DNA of 64,000 nucleotides from Eledone cirrhosa (Eukaryota): NCBI GenBank assembly GCA_964016885.1, contig OZ024745.1, positions 108,128,001 to 108,192,000 of the forward strand, read 5' to 3'. Shown piece by piece: positions 40,160 to 54,460 of this stretch (position 1 is its first letter; each line of letters starts with the position of its first letter). The notes under the pieces were generated by a model. It saw only the letters and a program-made list of their open reading frames with translations, ran no database searches and was not told where the DNA came from. The position numbers and the translations under genes were made by a program.

Positions 40160-40503
40160 GGAGGCACATGGCTTAGTGGTTAGAGCATTGGCCTTGCAAT
40201 CGAAAGGTTGTGAGTTCAATTCTCAGACCGGCTGATGTGTTGTTTCCTTGAGCAAGACACTTTATTTCACATTGCTCCAGTTTACTCAGCTGTAGAAATG
40301 AGATGATAGGGACTGGGGGTCCATATCATTCCACTGCAAAGTGTTCGTGGAGGTGCCACGGCAAAAAAGCACCCACCCAGCCCACACTGTAAATGAGGTT
40401 GGTGTTAGGAAGGGCATCCAGCTGTAGAAATCAATCCAGCATCAGTTCCCGTCCCACCCTTGCAAGCAGGGAAAAAGCGGATGTAAAATGAAATGATGAT
40501 GAT
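40160..40503 (+). mobile_element. SINE family B full-length copy
   Basis: As 7915-8247. Confidence 0.88.
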
Positions 40504-40809
40504 ATATACATACATATATACATACATATATATATACATACATATATACATATATATAGCACCCATTCATACTCACAAACAGACATGTTGATATAAAACA
40601 CATACAGTACAAATACAGATAGGAGTGTCTGTCAACAAACCTCAGGGTTTTAAATAGATTATCAATACAAACACATCTTAAATAAATATTTAATGGTTAA
40701 ATCTGAAATAATCATCTCACCATAATATACATTATTATACCAACTGCTTTCTTGGATGGATGGCTAGCTTCTGCTCTTCTCCAGTCTATAACATCGCCAT
40801 ACTTTAGAT

Positions 40810-41424
40810 CAGAGGCTCACAATCTTTTTGGGCCACCGCACCCCTCATGGCTATGCAATACCCTCAGCAGCGCACCACCCATTATTTCCAGAGAGAACTG
40901 CCTTCACGCAAATTGTAAATAATATATAATAAATAAAATCATCAATTTCATCATTTCATTTTACGTCCGCTTTTTCCCTGCTTGCAAGGGTGGGGCGGGA
41001 ACTGATTCTGGCTTGATTTCTACAGCTGGATGCCCTTCCTAACACCAACCTCATTTTTTATATATAATAAATAATATAATTGTTTCTACTTTTGGCGCAA
41101 GGCCAGCAATTACCCAGTGCATTACTGGTACTTTATTTTATTGACCCCCGTAAGGATGAAAGGCAAAGTTAACCTCAACGGGATTTGAACTCAGACCGTA
41201 AAGGGACGTAACTAGGCTAGAAAGCATGAAGTCCAACCCTCTACCGATACTGCCAATTCACCATGCACTATGTATAAATAAATATTATATATTTTTTATT
41301 TTACTATATTTACATATAATATGTATCATTTGATATTTAATATACTATTACATCATCTCTACTGCCACCCCCACCATCCTGGGAGAGGAGGGGGTGGCAG
41401 TAGCGCCCACTTTCAGAACCTCTG
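40810..41424. mobile_element. hAT (Charlie-like) MITE with nested SINE B fragment (40945-41055) and SINE A (41078-41262)
   Basis: Termini CAGAGGCTC / GAACCTCTG; 8-bp flanks ctttagat / tttcagat. Confidence 0.65.
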
Positions 41425-43191
41425 TTTCAGATCAAAGTAACTGTTTCTCCCACCTTTAAAAATGTCCTCAACTGGTGTTCGTTCCTATTCACGCACACAC
41501 ATGTAGATATTCACCTGTGTAAGTATGCTTCGGTGGGCCACAGGAATATGGTGCTGTGCTGATCCCACAAAAATGTGTACACATTCCCATGAAAGACTCA
41601 AGAAGTTTCTTCAGTTGTTTCACAGACATAACAACCTCCCTAGAGCTGGTAATCAACAAAGTAAATACACCCATGTGGTTGGTGATAACATGGGCATTCA
41701 ACCATAAAAAAAAATGCCAAACAAAATGTTGGGAAGACTCTTCATTTGTGGCATAGGCACGGAAACCTCTCTAATGTTGGTGATCTGCACAGTAAATGCA
41801 CCCAGTACACTCTGTAAAGTGGTTGGTGATAGGAAAGAAATCAGGCCATAGAAAACCAGGTAAACAAAGAGTTCTGAGGAGACATCAGTTGTGTCACAGA
41901 CATGGCAAATTCCCTAGTGTTGGTGCCATGTCAAAACATACTCGGTAGAATGTGAAAATATATGTTGGTCTTTAGGCCCAGCTGGAGGTCAGTGACTCTG
42001 TTTCAGTAGTAACCAATGTGTGATGGCATGTCCAACCCTCGCTAGCAGGGAAAATGGACATTAAACAATGGTGAGGAGGTGCTTGTGTGGCAAGAGGAAA
42101 GTGGTATTGTGCTGAGCCATTAAATATATGTGCAGTAACATGTGTGCAGTTGTAACATATACAAAGCTAAAATAGGAGATGAGATATATGTGAGTAGATA
42201 ATTAAGAGTGAGTATACATCTTTTGTTTTTGTAAGTTTTTCATTGGGAATAAGGAACTGTATTTGAACTCACTATCTCAGTAACTGTAGATTTCTCTTTT
42301 GAATAGTTAGTATAAAGGAACTAAATACGTGCTTACAGCAAATGTCATATCTTATTGTGTAAAAAAACAAAAATATGAGTGAAATGACATTTCATGTAAG
42401 TTGCAAAAGAGAAAAATATGATGCTTTACAATTTAATGGGTTTTTCATTTATTTATTTTTTATTAATTTATTTTTTTTATTAATATTTATTTAATTATTA
42501 TTGATATTATTTTATTTTTGACAACAACACAATTGGAGACCTGTAGTCACAATACTTGGAAAACTAAAAACCTTAACAAAAATATAGATAGATAATTGAA
42601 AATGAAAAAAAAAAAAAAAAAATTAGATGATATTAGATTCAAACCACTCCTTAATATCAATGAGTGACTAGATACTGACAAGTTAATAGAATTTAGCACC
42701 CAAGAAGAGACAATTTCAAACTATAGGGACACTTTAGAAGTTTCATCAAGATGTAAGGATACAGCTGCTGCTAAAAAACAAAAAAAAACAAAACAAAAAA
42801 AATCAAAACAAACAAACAAACAAAGCTAAAACGACTGAAAGATCTAGATGTCTATATTACATAACGTTTAATAAAGCAACGCAATTAACAGTCACTTAGA
42901 ACTCTGTATAAAATACACATAAAGCCTAAAAAGAAAGAAAAAAATACTACATTATATTTGCTTGTCATATACAATTTTAAAATGTCTTAAAATGTCTTTT
43001 GCTCTCAATAAAATATTACTTTCCCATGATATTGGAGAACAAGAATCTATAGAACCACTCCCTCCCACCTTGCTAAAAATCAAAATAATAATAATAAAAT
43101 AAATTCTTTATAAACATGATGTTCCATTAAAGAAGTGAACCAAAAGACATTTAAGTATCAAAGACAGAATTTCTAATTAACTATATTTGCT

Positions 43192-43303
43192 TTAATTTAT
43201 CTTCTTGGAAGGAAGCAAGTCTACAGTCTTGTTAAGTTGATTTGGTGCCAGTCTTCCAGCTGAAGATGGTTCGTGTTCTATCATTGGTGTTAAGGGAGCA
43301 TCT
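43192..43303 (-). CDS. Candidate terminal exon xDAPLTPMIEHEPSSAGRLAPNQLNKTVDLLPSKKIN*
   Basis: Branch-like ttctaac plus pyrimidine tract ending ccAG; followed by AT-rich 3'UTR-like DNA with AATAAA motifs. Confidence 0.4.
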
Positions 43304-43454
43304 CTGGCAGAGACATAAGACGTAATGAAGCAGTTAGAACAGTAGTAGATAACTGAATCTCCAGTTGATTCAGCTCTAAGCAGCAATGGGTTTAACAAGC
43401 TGAGTGGCTAGCAAAGGAGCACTTTTAGAAATAGTAGCCAAATATCCCACAAAT

Positions 43455-43940
43455 AATGGTTTCTGATTTTGGCACAAGGCCAACAATTTTGGGGAGTGGG
43501 GAAAGTTGATTAAATCAACCCCAGGGCATTACTGCTACTTTATTTTATCGACCCCGTAAGGATGAAAGGCAAAGCTAACCTCATCAGGATTTGAACTCAG
43601 AACATAAAGGGTCGTAACTCTATGCCACTAAGCATGTTGTCTGATGCTCTACTGATTCTGTCAATCCATTGGAGACACATTATCCAAAAGAGAGATAGGA
43701 TGGCAATAGGTATAATTGATCAGGACTGGCTAAACAACAATGTAACTACCATTAATCGGTGGATTGGCAGTATCGGTAGAGGGTCGGACGCCATGCTTTC
43801 CAGCATAGTTATGTCCCTTTACGATCTGAGTTCAAATCCCGCCGAGGTTGACTTTGCCTTTCATCCTTACGGGGTCGATAAAATAAAGTACCAGTAATGC
43901 ACTGGGTAATTGCTGGCCTTGTGCCTAAAGTAGAAACAAT
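43455..43940. mobile_element. Two SINE A copies in opposite orientation (43455-43668 -, 43757-43940 +)
   Basis: A box tggcagtatcgg, B box gagttcaaatcc, shared core. Confidence 0.88.
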
Positions 43941-45330
43941 TAATATAACCACTACCACCATCATGAACTAATTAGAGATCCTTTACTTGCCAGTTAGCTT
44001 GCTAGAAATAGCAGTCACTTTTCCTTAAATCATAATCTATCATCATCAAATAAATCACATTGAATAATGTAGTCTTGAGTGCACTGTGCTTTAAAACAGG
44101 TATATGGCGAGCTGGCCATGGTTAGAACACCCTTGATCAGTGCTGACCTGTGGGTTAAACAACAGCAACAACAAGCTGAATAGCTTACTTTAGATATACT
44201 ACATAAATATATAATCACCAGCAATGTTCTAAAAACCCAATGAATCTATGGAACTTATCCAAACTTAGAAACATTAAGAATGAATTTGTCACAGAGGGTT
44301 AATTTGCATGAAACCAACATCATATCCCAGATGAGACATCTCTCACAAACTCCATACTTTGAACCTCTGAGTGAAACATCAAATTAATGAACCAATAATG
44401 ACAAAAATTCTAAAAAGAAGGTTGTGGGATGTAGAAAATATTAGAGAATTTCACAGTATTTAATGTGATACTGATACACAAAGAATAACAACATTTGTAG
44501 CTGTACATGTGTCCCTTCATATGACATATGGCATACACAGCAACAGAGAAAAACACTGGCAAAATCTGTTACTGTGTATGCCATGCTATTTTTGGCATGT
44601 TTTACATTCGAATGTACTTTCTATCAAGAACCACCTGACAGCACTGACAATATGGGTATGTGTGTATGTACGTGTATGTATGTTATAATGGTTTCTGATT
44701 TAAGCACAAGGCCAGCAATTTGAGGTAAGGGAAATTTGATTAAATCGACTCAGTGCATTAGCTACTTTATTTTATCGACCCTGTAAGGATGAAAGGCAAA
44801 GCTAACCTTGGCAGGATTTGAACTCAGAATATAAAGGGCTGTCACCATATGCCACAAAGCATGTTGTCCAAAGCTTTACCTATACTACCAATCCCCCGCC
44901 CGTATGTGTTTATGTGTGTTATAATAAAAACACAACAGTTCTCAAGTTTGATGAAGTCTTTATCAAGGATGATGTTTGGTTTGGAAAACTAGTATGCCTA
45001 AATCTATAAGGGACATTCATATTAATAAAACTAATCTTCATAAGAAGAATGATGGTAATAACACCATGCCATGTTGCCCACATAGCCTGAACTCATGCCA
45101 GCATAGAAATCAGATTGATGATGATGATATGTATTTGTTCAGTGTTAATAATTAAGTCAGTTGCTACTCTGAATTTCTTAGTGTTTTTGCTTGTTTGATG
45201 TGGAATATATAATATAATAATTGTTTCTACTTTAGGCACAAGGCCAGCAATTACCCAGTGCATTACTGGTACTTTATTTTATCGACCCCCCCGTAAGGAT
45301 GAAAGGCAAAGTCAACCTCGGCAGGATTTG

Positions 45331-45437
45331 AAATTATTGTGTACAGTGCTCAGGTGCACTACAACTCATCAAAGGTGCATGTATAGTACATAGAATAATG
45401 TACAAATGTCAGGAAAATGAACAGTGTATGAGTCATG

Positions 45438-45473
<36 letters not shown>

Positions 45474-45700
45474 AATATTGTGTACAGTGCCCAGGTGCAC
45501 CACAACTCATCAAAAAAGTGCATGTACAGTACATAGGGCAATGCACAAACATCAGTAAAATGAACAGTGCACGAGTCATGATACACACATGTGTGCATGT
45601 GTATGGAAGGGGTACATCAGGTGTAGTTTTGGCGTATTTCGGGAAGCATGAGTGTCTTAAAGGATGCAGTGTCTCGGCAGCTAACAACTGACGCAGGCAG
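45331..45700 (-). mobile_element. CR1/L2-group LINE 3' end with tandemly duplicated tail, joined to a truncated SINE A (45220-45332)
   Basis: Reverse complement of 12455-12697. Confidence 0.75.
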
Positions 45701-46561
45701 TGTGTCGGATGAGTTGTGTTATTTTGTTAAATGGTAATTATGTGGAGTATGAGCTGCATGGGATGTGGAATATTCTAGAGTGGCAATTGTGTAGATTGGG
45801 AGTTGGCAGTGTGTTCAGAGTGTTATATGTGTTGTATTATTTTACTGGGTGGTGGATTGGCAGTATCGGTAGAGCGTCAGACACCATGCTTTGCAGCATA
45901 GGGATATGGCCCTTTATGTTCTGAGTTCAAATGCGGCCAAGGTTAACTATCTATCTATCTATCTATCTAAAGTCTGTAAGCCAGAAGGCACTTTAGGCTG
46001 GTGCTTATCCCAGTTTCGTGGTGTGATGCGACTGAGTGTACAAAACTCCCCCCTGGACAGGACGGCAGTCCATCACAGGGTTAAACCCCCAAGCTATTGC
46101 TGGCACTCATTTACTGCTGAGTATACTGGAGCAACATGAAATGAAGTGTTTTGCTCAAGAACACAACACGCAACCCAGCCCAGGAATCGAACCCACAACA
46201 TTATGACTCTAAGTCCAACACCCTTTCCACTAAGCCATGTGCCACCACTTTTGTGTATCATATCTACACTGTCCCAAATATTATTGTTGGGACAGTATAG
46301 ATATTCATGGAATACACACTTGATAACAATTGGAGATTAGACAGATCTAAAACATATAGAAAATGTAGATATTGTAAATAATTAGCAGTGAATTTGAAAA
46401 GCTGCTAAAATATTGGATAGAATGATTTGTAATATTCATTTTGACTTTTTGTATTTTCATTTCAAATCCCACCAAAGTCAACGTTGCCTTTTATCCTTTT
46501 GAGGTCAATAAATAAAGTACAGCCCAGTACTGGGATTGCTTCTTCTATATTTCTTTCTTAC

Positions 46562-46575
46562 TTCTCTCTCCTTCT
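46562..46575 (-). CDS. Candidate 14-nt microexon (RRRE+aa)
   Basis: ctaatttcttccAG acceptor, GTAAGA donor. Confidence 0.25.
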
Positions 46576-47658
46576 CTGGAAGAAATTAGCTGTGTTCAAA
46601 TCCATAGAAGGGATAGGCTCCAATAGGTTTAAAATGTTCAAGGAACACCATATGTTACTATGGTGCCTTTATGACTCCAACAGGTTAATAGCCTAAAACA
46701 ATTATCATCTGAACATCTGTAAGAAGATTTTTAACAATATAAACCTAGCTTGTATTATTCCTTATCTCTCCAGTTAGTTCTCTGCAATATCTCACATGGC
46801 CTAATGGTTAGGATGCTTGATATACAATCTTAATGCCACTGGTTTAATTTCTGAACAGAGTTGTGTGTTGTGTTCTTGAGCAACCAAAGCACAGGTGTAG
46901 TAAGTAGCAAGTGCACACAGGATACTAGCTCCTTTAAGTGCCTTGACTGTTCTATAGAAATAGACAAGTTTCCTTTACCTTGGTGATGAAATCAGCAGTG
47001 GAGGAGGGTGTTTTGAAAGTTCAGTTGCCAGCCAGAGTAAGAATGGTATGGAGAATGTTCAGAGAGCCACTAGCACTGTTAGCACTTTATTTTACATTTC
47101 TCCAGTATATTCAACTGAGATGAGTACCAGCAATAACTGGGGAGTTAATCCTGCAAGTCTAGTATACTCAGTCACTTAATGGTAAGGAAACCGAGGATAA
47201 GCATCAGCTTGGTGAACCTTCAGCTTAGAACAGACTTCAACTAACTAATATCTAAGTGGAAGTGTATGCCTAAGTATACCTGAGAGTACTGTGTATGTTA
47301 GAGGTGAATGGGTATGGGCTGACTCAATGGCAGTGTGAAGAGTCAGAAATGGCAAGGAAAGGAAGCTAAATTTCTATTGGCAAAATAATTTTAGATATCC
47401 TTTCTCTCTCTATCCCCCCCTTCTCTCTATTTCTACCTCCCTGTCTTTGTCTCTCTCTATTTCTACCTCCTTGTCTCTCTCCCCATCTCTCTATTTCTAC
47501 CTCCTCGTCTCTCTCTCTCTCTCTCTCTTACCTGCCTACTTCATCTACTAGTAGTTGAGATGATTAATTTCATAGGCAATCTCTGATAAGCCCCTTTTTT
47601 AAGGGTAAAATAAACATAGGATTAGAAGAGGATAGTGAAGGGAAGAAATACAGAGACT

Positions 47659-47754
<96 letters not shown>

Positions 47755-50577
47755 GATGAGAAACAGCCTGCATAAGAATAGAAAGAGAGCTAAGGCGGGA
47801 TGAAAATGGGGAGAGTAAGAGTGAGAGAATAGTCTGTGGAAATACGAGTGACAGAGAGGGAGAGGAGGTAAAAAGAAAGTGAAGGTGAGAATCAATGGAA
47901 AAACAATTAAGGCAGACCAATAAAAAAAAAATGTTCTACACTCACACACATGCATGCATGCACTCACGCACATGTAGACACATACATACACACACATCAA
48001 CCCACGCACACACCAATAAACATAACCTAAAACTATATTATTATTACTTTTATTATTAGGAAAAGATCTGTTACCATTATGAAGAAATTATTATTATCAT
48101 CATCATTATTATTATTACTATTATTATGCAGTCATTTCTCTTTTATCAGGACGTTGTGATATTAAGCTAGAGTGTTCCAAATATTCATTTAGCCAACATG
48201 ATACATCAGCCTATTATTTGTAGTGTAGGGGACAATGTGCTGGATGATTCATCAATCAATACATTTATTGGTCATGTCCACCACCAAAAGTGGTTTCACA
48301 ACAACACACCACTCCCCACCTCTCTTTCTCCTTCAGCCGCCCACACCAATCAATGAAGCAGGAAGCTCCCAGTAGCGTATTGTGCAACTTTGACTTTCAC
48401 ATAGCCACATTTCTAACTCTCCACTACCACTTCTCTCCTTTCTCCCCACCGCTCTCTCACCGTACTTTGGTGAGTTTGTCATCAGAACTGGCCGAGTTAC
48501 ACACAAACATAGGTGCATGTGTATTCACACACAGACATGTACATGCACAGATTACACTTTACTTCTTTATTATGGTCTCTATCCTGCAGTTATTAGTGTT
48601 ACATGAAGAGCTAAGGATCATCAGGATAGGCTCAATAGAGTTCTCAATAATGTAATGACCTCACAGTTCTCAAATGATGAGCTATAACTAACTAACCCAC
48701 TGTGTTTCTATAAGCTATCAATAATGACATTATAAGTAGCTGGACGGTGTGAAAGTGATAAAATGCTAGTCCTACACTGTATAATCAATAAGACTCTACA
48801 TAGTCATTTAGCTGGCTAGAAAGAGTAGCCAAATCTTCCTTCAAGTCACACCCAATCATCTTAAAAATAAAAATAAACAGAAAAGAACATATAATGTAGT
48901 CCTAGATAGACCTAAAAAAAAATAGGATGGTACAGCTGGAATACTTCTGACCATGGATCTTCTTAATTAAGTTCGAAATGAATCTAAACAGCAACAGCCC
49001 AAGAACCATGAAACACAAATCTAAGCTTAATTGTTGAGCAGAGCAGCTATCAACATTTTTTGGCCCTCTCAGACCAATTAAGGAAGGAAGTACTTGTAGT
49101 ATACACCAAACTGAGTATTGAATCACAATAAGTTATTTTTGTTTGGTGCTCAACTAATTCTGCCATCTAGTTTTTCATGGTCTGATTAATAAAATTTCCA
49201 ATCATGTTTATTCTGTTTTTATGTTGATAAGCTACTCCAACATTGTACTCTTCTTCATACAAGATGATATGGAATGATTTAAGGGAGATTGGCTACTATT
49301 TCCAGCAGATATGTAGTGGCTCTCTTATTTGCTGGCTGCTTCCTATACTTTATCTCAATTTCTATAGTAAAGTAAAATATAATTTTTAAAATCATAAATT
49401 CATGATTACATTATTTTTTAAAACAGAGTGTTTGTACATTCAAAAGCAAACATTGGATTTTTATTTCTGCTCATATTTGTTCTGCAGATAGCTGCAACAA
49501 TCATTTTTATTGTTTTGTATTTTTAGCCCCTGTTTGGCAGCAATCAAGCATATCTGTGATCAAATGGCTGTCCAACCACAACTATCACATTTTTTTGCTG
49601 ATAAGATTGCATCTAAGATTGTATTATCCAATATGTTCTTCCCCTTTAAGATAGTTTGTTGTAATATGATAAAGAATTTTGTTTTTATCTTTAGCAAGTT
49701 GAAGCAGTTCTCTTGTTTGCTCAATGAAGCACTCTTCTAAAGGAAATGTATACAAGTGTTTCAAGGCCATTTTTTCCACTCAAGCAGGGGTTAGCCTTGT
49801 GGGCTCCCTGACATGAGGTCCTTTATGAGTCAATGTTTTACAGTCAAATGCCTTTTCTGGCATCAACCCTTTTAGTTACCTCTTATGACCTGTGTCATAA
49901 CAGGTAACTAATAGGTGTGCTTATTCTAAACAGGATACATACAGTAGCATGTGCTCTAAAGAAAATGTAAGCATATTTTATTATTCAATACTAGTTTATT
50001 CAATACTCACAATCATGTTCATTGAATCATTTGTTAAAATTTTATTTTACTCAAAAGCAGTAATTCCAACCATTTCTGGTCTATAGAAATGCCAAAGCAA
50101 TGGTAATCACCCAAACAATTCCTCAAATGTAAAATGTTATATGTTCACAAGCAAACTAAAGAATTTACCAGCCTGCCAATCAGATCCAATAAGAATATTT
50201 ATGCTGTAACTAATCAGAGATATAATCTCAATTACTGGATTCAATTTTATATTACTTTATTTATATAATCAAGAACTGAGGATTAATCTTTTTCAAGATT
50301 TTAATTAAAATCATGTGACACCCTGTTATAAATTATCTCTTAGCTGGAATCAAGGTGAAAACCACTGCTGTATATTTAGAAACTAGAAAAGGTTACCTTG
50401 TGAAAAAAAAAAAAAAAAAATGACAGTACTCTTTACTTATCAAAGAATATAATTACAACAGTCCCATTCTTTTCAATCCATTCCCTCCACCACCAAATAA
50501 TGAAATCAGCAACAAGAACATTCCGACCAATAGTTAATTTTCAAATCTATCAGCACATACACTTTTTAGTTACTTAC

Positions 50578-50606
50578 AGAAAGGCGTGTGTAGCTGATTA
50601 TATAAT
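50578..50606 (-). CDS. Candidate 29-nt microexon ((D)YIISYTRLS)
   Basis: Long pyrimidine tract, ttgcAG acceptor, GTAAGT donor. Confidence 0.45.
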
Positions 50607-50955
50607 CTGCAAGTGTTAATAGCACATATGGAGTAAAGAGGGAAAAGAAGCAAAAAAAAAAACAACAAAAAATAAATAAATAAATAAAAATATTGCAAAA
50701 AGTCTACAGGAAAGAGGTACAAATTACTGAATTCTGTGTTGATAAAAGTTATGTGCAGAGACAGCCAGCCAACCAACCAAGGGCAACCAAACTGACAGAC
50801 AAATAGACACACAAAGACAACATCTGGAAACACTCAATCTTTATAGAAGATCTCAGATTTCTTGTCATTAGTCACCAACAAAGCTAAAGTTGTCTTATTT
50901 TAGACACCATGTTCACATTCGATATACTCTGAAAATCCCACTCAGCTCAGCTTAC

Positions 50956-50986
50956 CGAAGCACATCAAACAGCCATTCATTTCAAC
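50956..50986 (-). CDS. Candidate 31-nt microexon (VEMNGCLMCF+g)
   Basis: Pyrimidine tract, tAG acceptor, G|GTAAGC donor, only one open frame. Confidence 0.45.
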
Positions 50987-51443
50987 CTATATTCTATCCC
51001 CAAAACGAAAATAAAAAAGGGAAGGTGAGAAGAAAGATAATATAAATAAAAAAAATATACAAGTTTATTCACTAACAACATAAAAACTGAAAGGTTTAGT
51101 TGGTACTTCAACACAAATCATAGTCTGAAAACTAAGAAAATTTATCAACTAATAACACCTGGTCTCTCTTCTCCATTTTCTCTGCAATTCTCAGCTTTTC
51201 ACCATCTTATTCTAATAGCATTTGATGATGTCAATGGCTGTTTCTATTTTCTTACTTACACATGGCACATCTCTTGAAAAAAAGCAATGTGAAATGATAA
51301 TCTTTGCTCATTTTTTGAATTGCCCTTTTTTTTTTTTACATAATATAAATGACTGATACACCTAAACTTTTCTTATAACAAGAAAAAAGAAAGAACCTTC
51401 CAGTTGTTATTGGTATTGCTGTTTAACCCTAAGTTATTCTTAA

Positions 51444-51650
51444 CCATTTAGTATTTACATTACTCTATATATACTATTATATTTTCATGTTAAAGGTTTT
51501 ACCTCACATAATAGCAAATCTATGAGATTTTGATATAATTTATTTTGAGAACAATACCTTAACATCAGTATTAGTGGTCAGTTACAACCGGTTTGAACAG
51601 AGAGAAGTGAGAGAGTTCTGGCCAGATACAGCCATTTAAATGTTAAAGGG
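51444..51650 (+). mobile_element. piggyBac-type MITE, copy 4, nested in repeat D
   Basis: TTAA at 51440-51443 and 51651-51654. Confidence 0.8.
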
Positions 51651-52053
51651 TTAAATGGGCAGACCTATGATCAAATGATATTCCAGCAGTGATTCCCTCA
51701 TCTTTACTTTTTAAGTATACTGTAGCTTGGACTACTTTATCCAACACATCTTTGACTATTATTAAAATGGTAAGGTGTGGTATGAATAAGATTTGACTGC
51801 TAATTTGACTAAGTTGAGCCACCATGTAGATACTTTCCTATTGGCTTAAAGTAAAAAAAAAAAAGGTAGAACGGCAATGATGTAATAAACTGTTCAGAAC
51901 ATGATATTAAGGAATTGATCAACAAGATTTCAGATCTCACTAACTTATCAAGTAGGGTGAAACTCGTTAAATTGAACCAAGGAAACAATGTCTCCATTGG
52001 GTTTTCCATTGCTGATAGTATCTACTGGGTGCAGCTCTTGGCAGAAAGAGCCA

Positions 52054-52615
52054 TCTTTATATATATAAAAGCGAGGATGTGTGTGTGTCTGTGTACAACT
52101 TGGCATGCCTAAGGCTTTCACAATTACCAACTGAATTTGACCAAATTTTCTGTGCACGTTGCACAGGTCGCTAAGATTGTTACATCACAAACATTTATCA
52201 AATCGACCCACGTTGAGCAATAAAAAATCGCTATCAAAATTATCAGTAGAAAAATTGATGTAAGAGAGATAACAAACTTTATTGACAATCCTTATAAAAA
52301 AGGGAGATAACCTTTTTCACCAAATATGCCCCGTATTAACTTTTTGTACTTTAGCAAAACTGCCTGTTTTTTTTACAGATTTGCAACGTGTATTGTCTTT
52401 AATCATTTGTATAACTACATCCTGTTCAGTGTTTTCCTTCATTATCAGCATAGTTTTATGTGTACAAAGATTGACTAAATATTCGTTTGCATTAATTATT
52501 GAAGACTTCTGCTTATTTTGACAGGTTGGGGACAAATAATGTTCCTCTTTTACTTCCTAGCTGTATATTCTTAGCATAATTTCAAACCCCGAGCAACGCC
52601 GGGTAAATCTGCTAG
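52054..52615 (+). mobile_element. Non-autonomous Helitron inserted in a family C SINE
   Basis: 5' TC, subterminal hairpin cccgagcaacgccggg at 52588-52603, 3' CTAG, A^T target without TSD; the flanks rejoin into a SINE. Confidence 0.85.
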
Positions 52616-52724
52616 TGTGAAATAAAGTGTCTTATTCAAGGACATAATGATTGTGAATCCAATTCTCTAACCACTAAGCCACACACTTAATACTACTAGA
52701 AACTAATAAAATAAATATGCTCAC

Positions 52725-52769
52725 CAAACTCTGCAAGAAAAGAAGTGCTGTTTTTATTAAAGAGGTCAT
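52725..52769 (-). CDS. Candidate first coding exon, signal-peptide-like MTSLIKTALLFLQSL
   Basis: ATG with A at -3, hydrophobic core, TTG|GTGAGC donor in phase 0. Confidence 0.45.
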
Positions 52770-53446
52770 ACTGTTGGAATCAAATGGTACTTGACAATAA
52801 CTGTTTTGACTATAAGGTGAATGGAATCCCTGTCAGTGACTTCCAGACCTCATACTGAAGAAGTCACCAATGCTAACCGTGGATTGATTCGTTGGGTAGA
52901 TATATCAAGAAAAGTCTCAAGATTATTCATGCCAATTTTTTTCACAAAATAAATCTCTTCTTTCATGACTTATCTGTATTTTACTAAATTCATGCAAATA
53001 TCCCCAAAGAACTGATCGGCACTGTCATTTTATGGAAGAGACTTTGTTATGTTGTTATTTTATGTTCCCATCACCAACTTGATAATGAGAAAGTTAGTTA
53101 TTGTTACTAAATCCCTTCAAACTCTAGTGTCTTTCACTAGTATTCGTGTTCCAGCTGTAGCAAAGATACAAAAACAAATGTCTGCAGTGGAATATAAACC
53201 AATTTCAGTGAAAATCAGTTGTCTAACAGACAGAGAATGTGGAAACTCATGATAAGGCAAGTGGACAGAAGGAGGATCTTCAGAATAAGAACTCCTATCA
53301 AACACTTTTTTCGCCCCTTGATTTCTAGGTGTTCTCCTGCTGTTTATTATTTATCCTCCCTCAGTGATCTTGTTTGCATTCCTGTGATTTACACCACCCA
53401 TCCATGAAGACCATCAGTAGAACTAACACTTCACATCCATCTAAAC

Positions 53447-53607
53447 CAGACATGGGCCACCTTTTTCGAGCAGTGGGCCACATAGGATATGGCCCATGAT
53501 AAGGTGAGCTGCACAACTAAAAAAGTAAAAAATTTTAAATTAGGCATGCCATTCAAAAATCCAAATGGGCCGTATGTGACTTGCAGACAGCAGTTTGCCC
53601 ACAACTG
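53447..53607. mobile_element. hAT (Charlie-like) MITE
   Basis: Termini CAGACATGGGC / GCCCACAACTG; 8-bp TSD atctaaac / atttaaac. Confidence 0.7.
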
Positions 53608-53934
53608 ATTTAAACCTACTAAACCTGTTTTTTTTCTCTAATGGGAAATATCTATTTTTTTTAGCATCAATCTATTTTTAGTAAACTCGATATCATCTAT
53701 TTTAGCTCCAATTGTCACTACACTTTGACTATAACCACATTGAGCTTTTCTCGGTTGTCTCTGACAGGTATTTGATTGTTGCTGTTCTTTTCTGACCTTT
53801 GATTCAAGCATCTCAACATTGGCTAGACTGAGTCTACATCTGATATAGCTAAATACAGATATCAGCTATATGGACACCAGCATGACCAATAAAGCTGTTG
53901 GTCTCTTATTTATCAAGTAATTAAGTGAAATAAT

Positions 53935-54235
53935 TGTTTCTATTTTAGGCACAAGGCCAGCAATTGCCCAGTGCATTACTGGTACTTTATTTTATCGACC
54001 CCGTAAGGACGAAAGGCAAAGTCAACCTCGGCGGGATTTGAACTCAGATCGTTAAGGGACGTAACTATCCTGGAAAGCATGGCGTCCGACCCTTATTGTT
54101 CAATTATCCATTCGAGAAACATAAGCTTTGAAAGTCATAAAGCTGACAACTTTCCTGCTAATCAGTTTCTCACTTTCTTGAAACACATACATATACACAT
54201 ATATGCCCATGTAAACACACACATATACATGCAAA
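53935..54235 (-). mobile_element. SINE A insertion carrying a ~145-bp copy of 55308-55454
   Basis: 21-bp TSD at 53914-53934 and 54236-54256. Confidence 0.88.
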
Positions 54236-54460
54236 CAAGTAATTAAGTGAAATAATGTTATTTAAAATATTTCTTGTTATTTGTTATTGTAATGTTGCCC
54301 TAAGCAGCGATGTTCAAGTTAACCTATGATCCAAGTCAACTTTTCCATTGCTTAACTTGTTTGAGCTATGGATATTCCATCTTTTATTTTGTAGCCATCT
54401 TTTTCAAAATTGCCTATTGTAATGTGTGTGATCCTTTTAAGATGGTATGGAATGATTTAA

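Noticed and set aside
40160-40235. tRNA gene
   Set aside because: SINE head: A/B boxes present but acceptor and anticodon stems do not pair, and it continues into a SINE body.
48337-48469. Plus-strand exon candidate with strong splice sites
   Set aside because: No partner exons or recognisable peptide; cannot be distinguished from chance.
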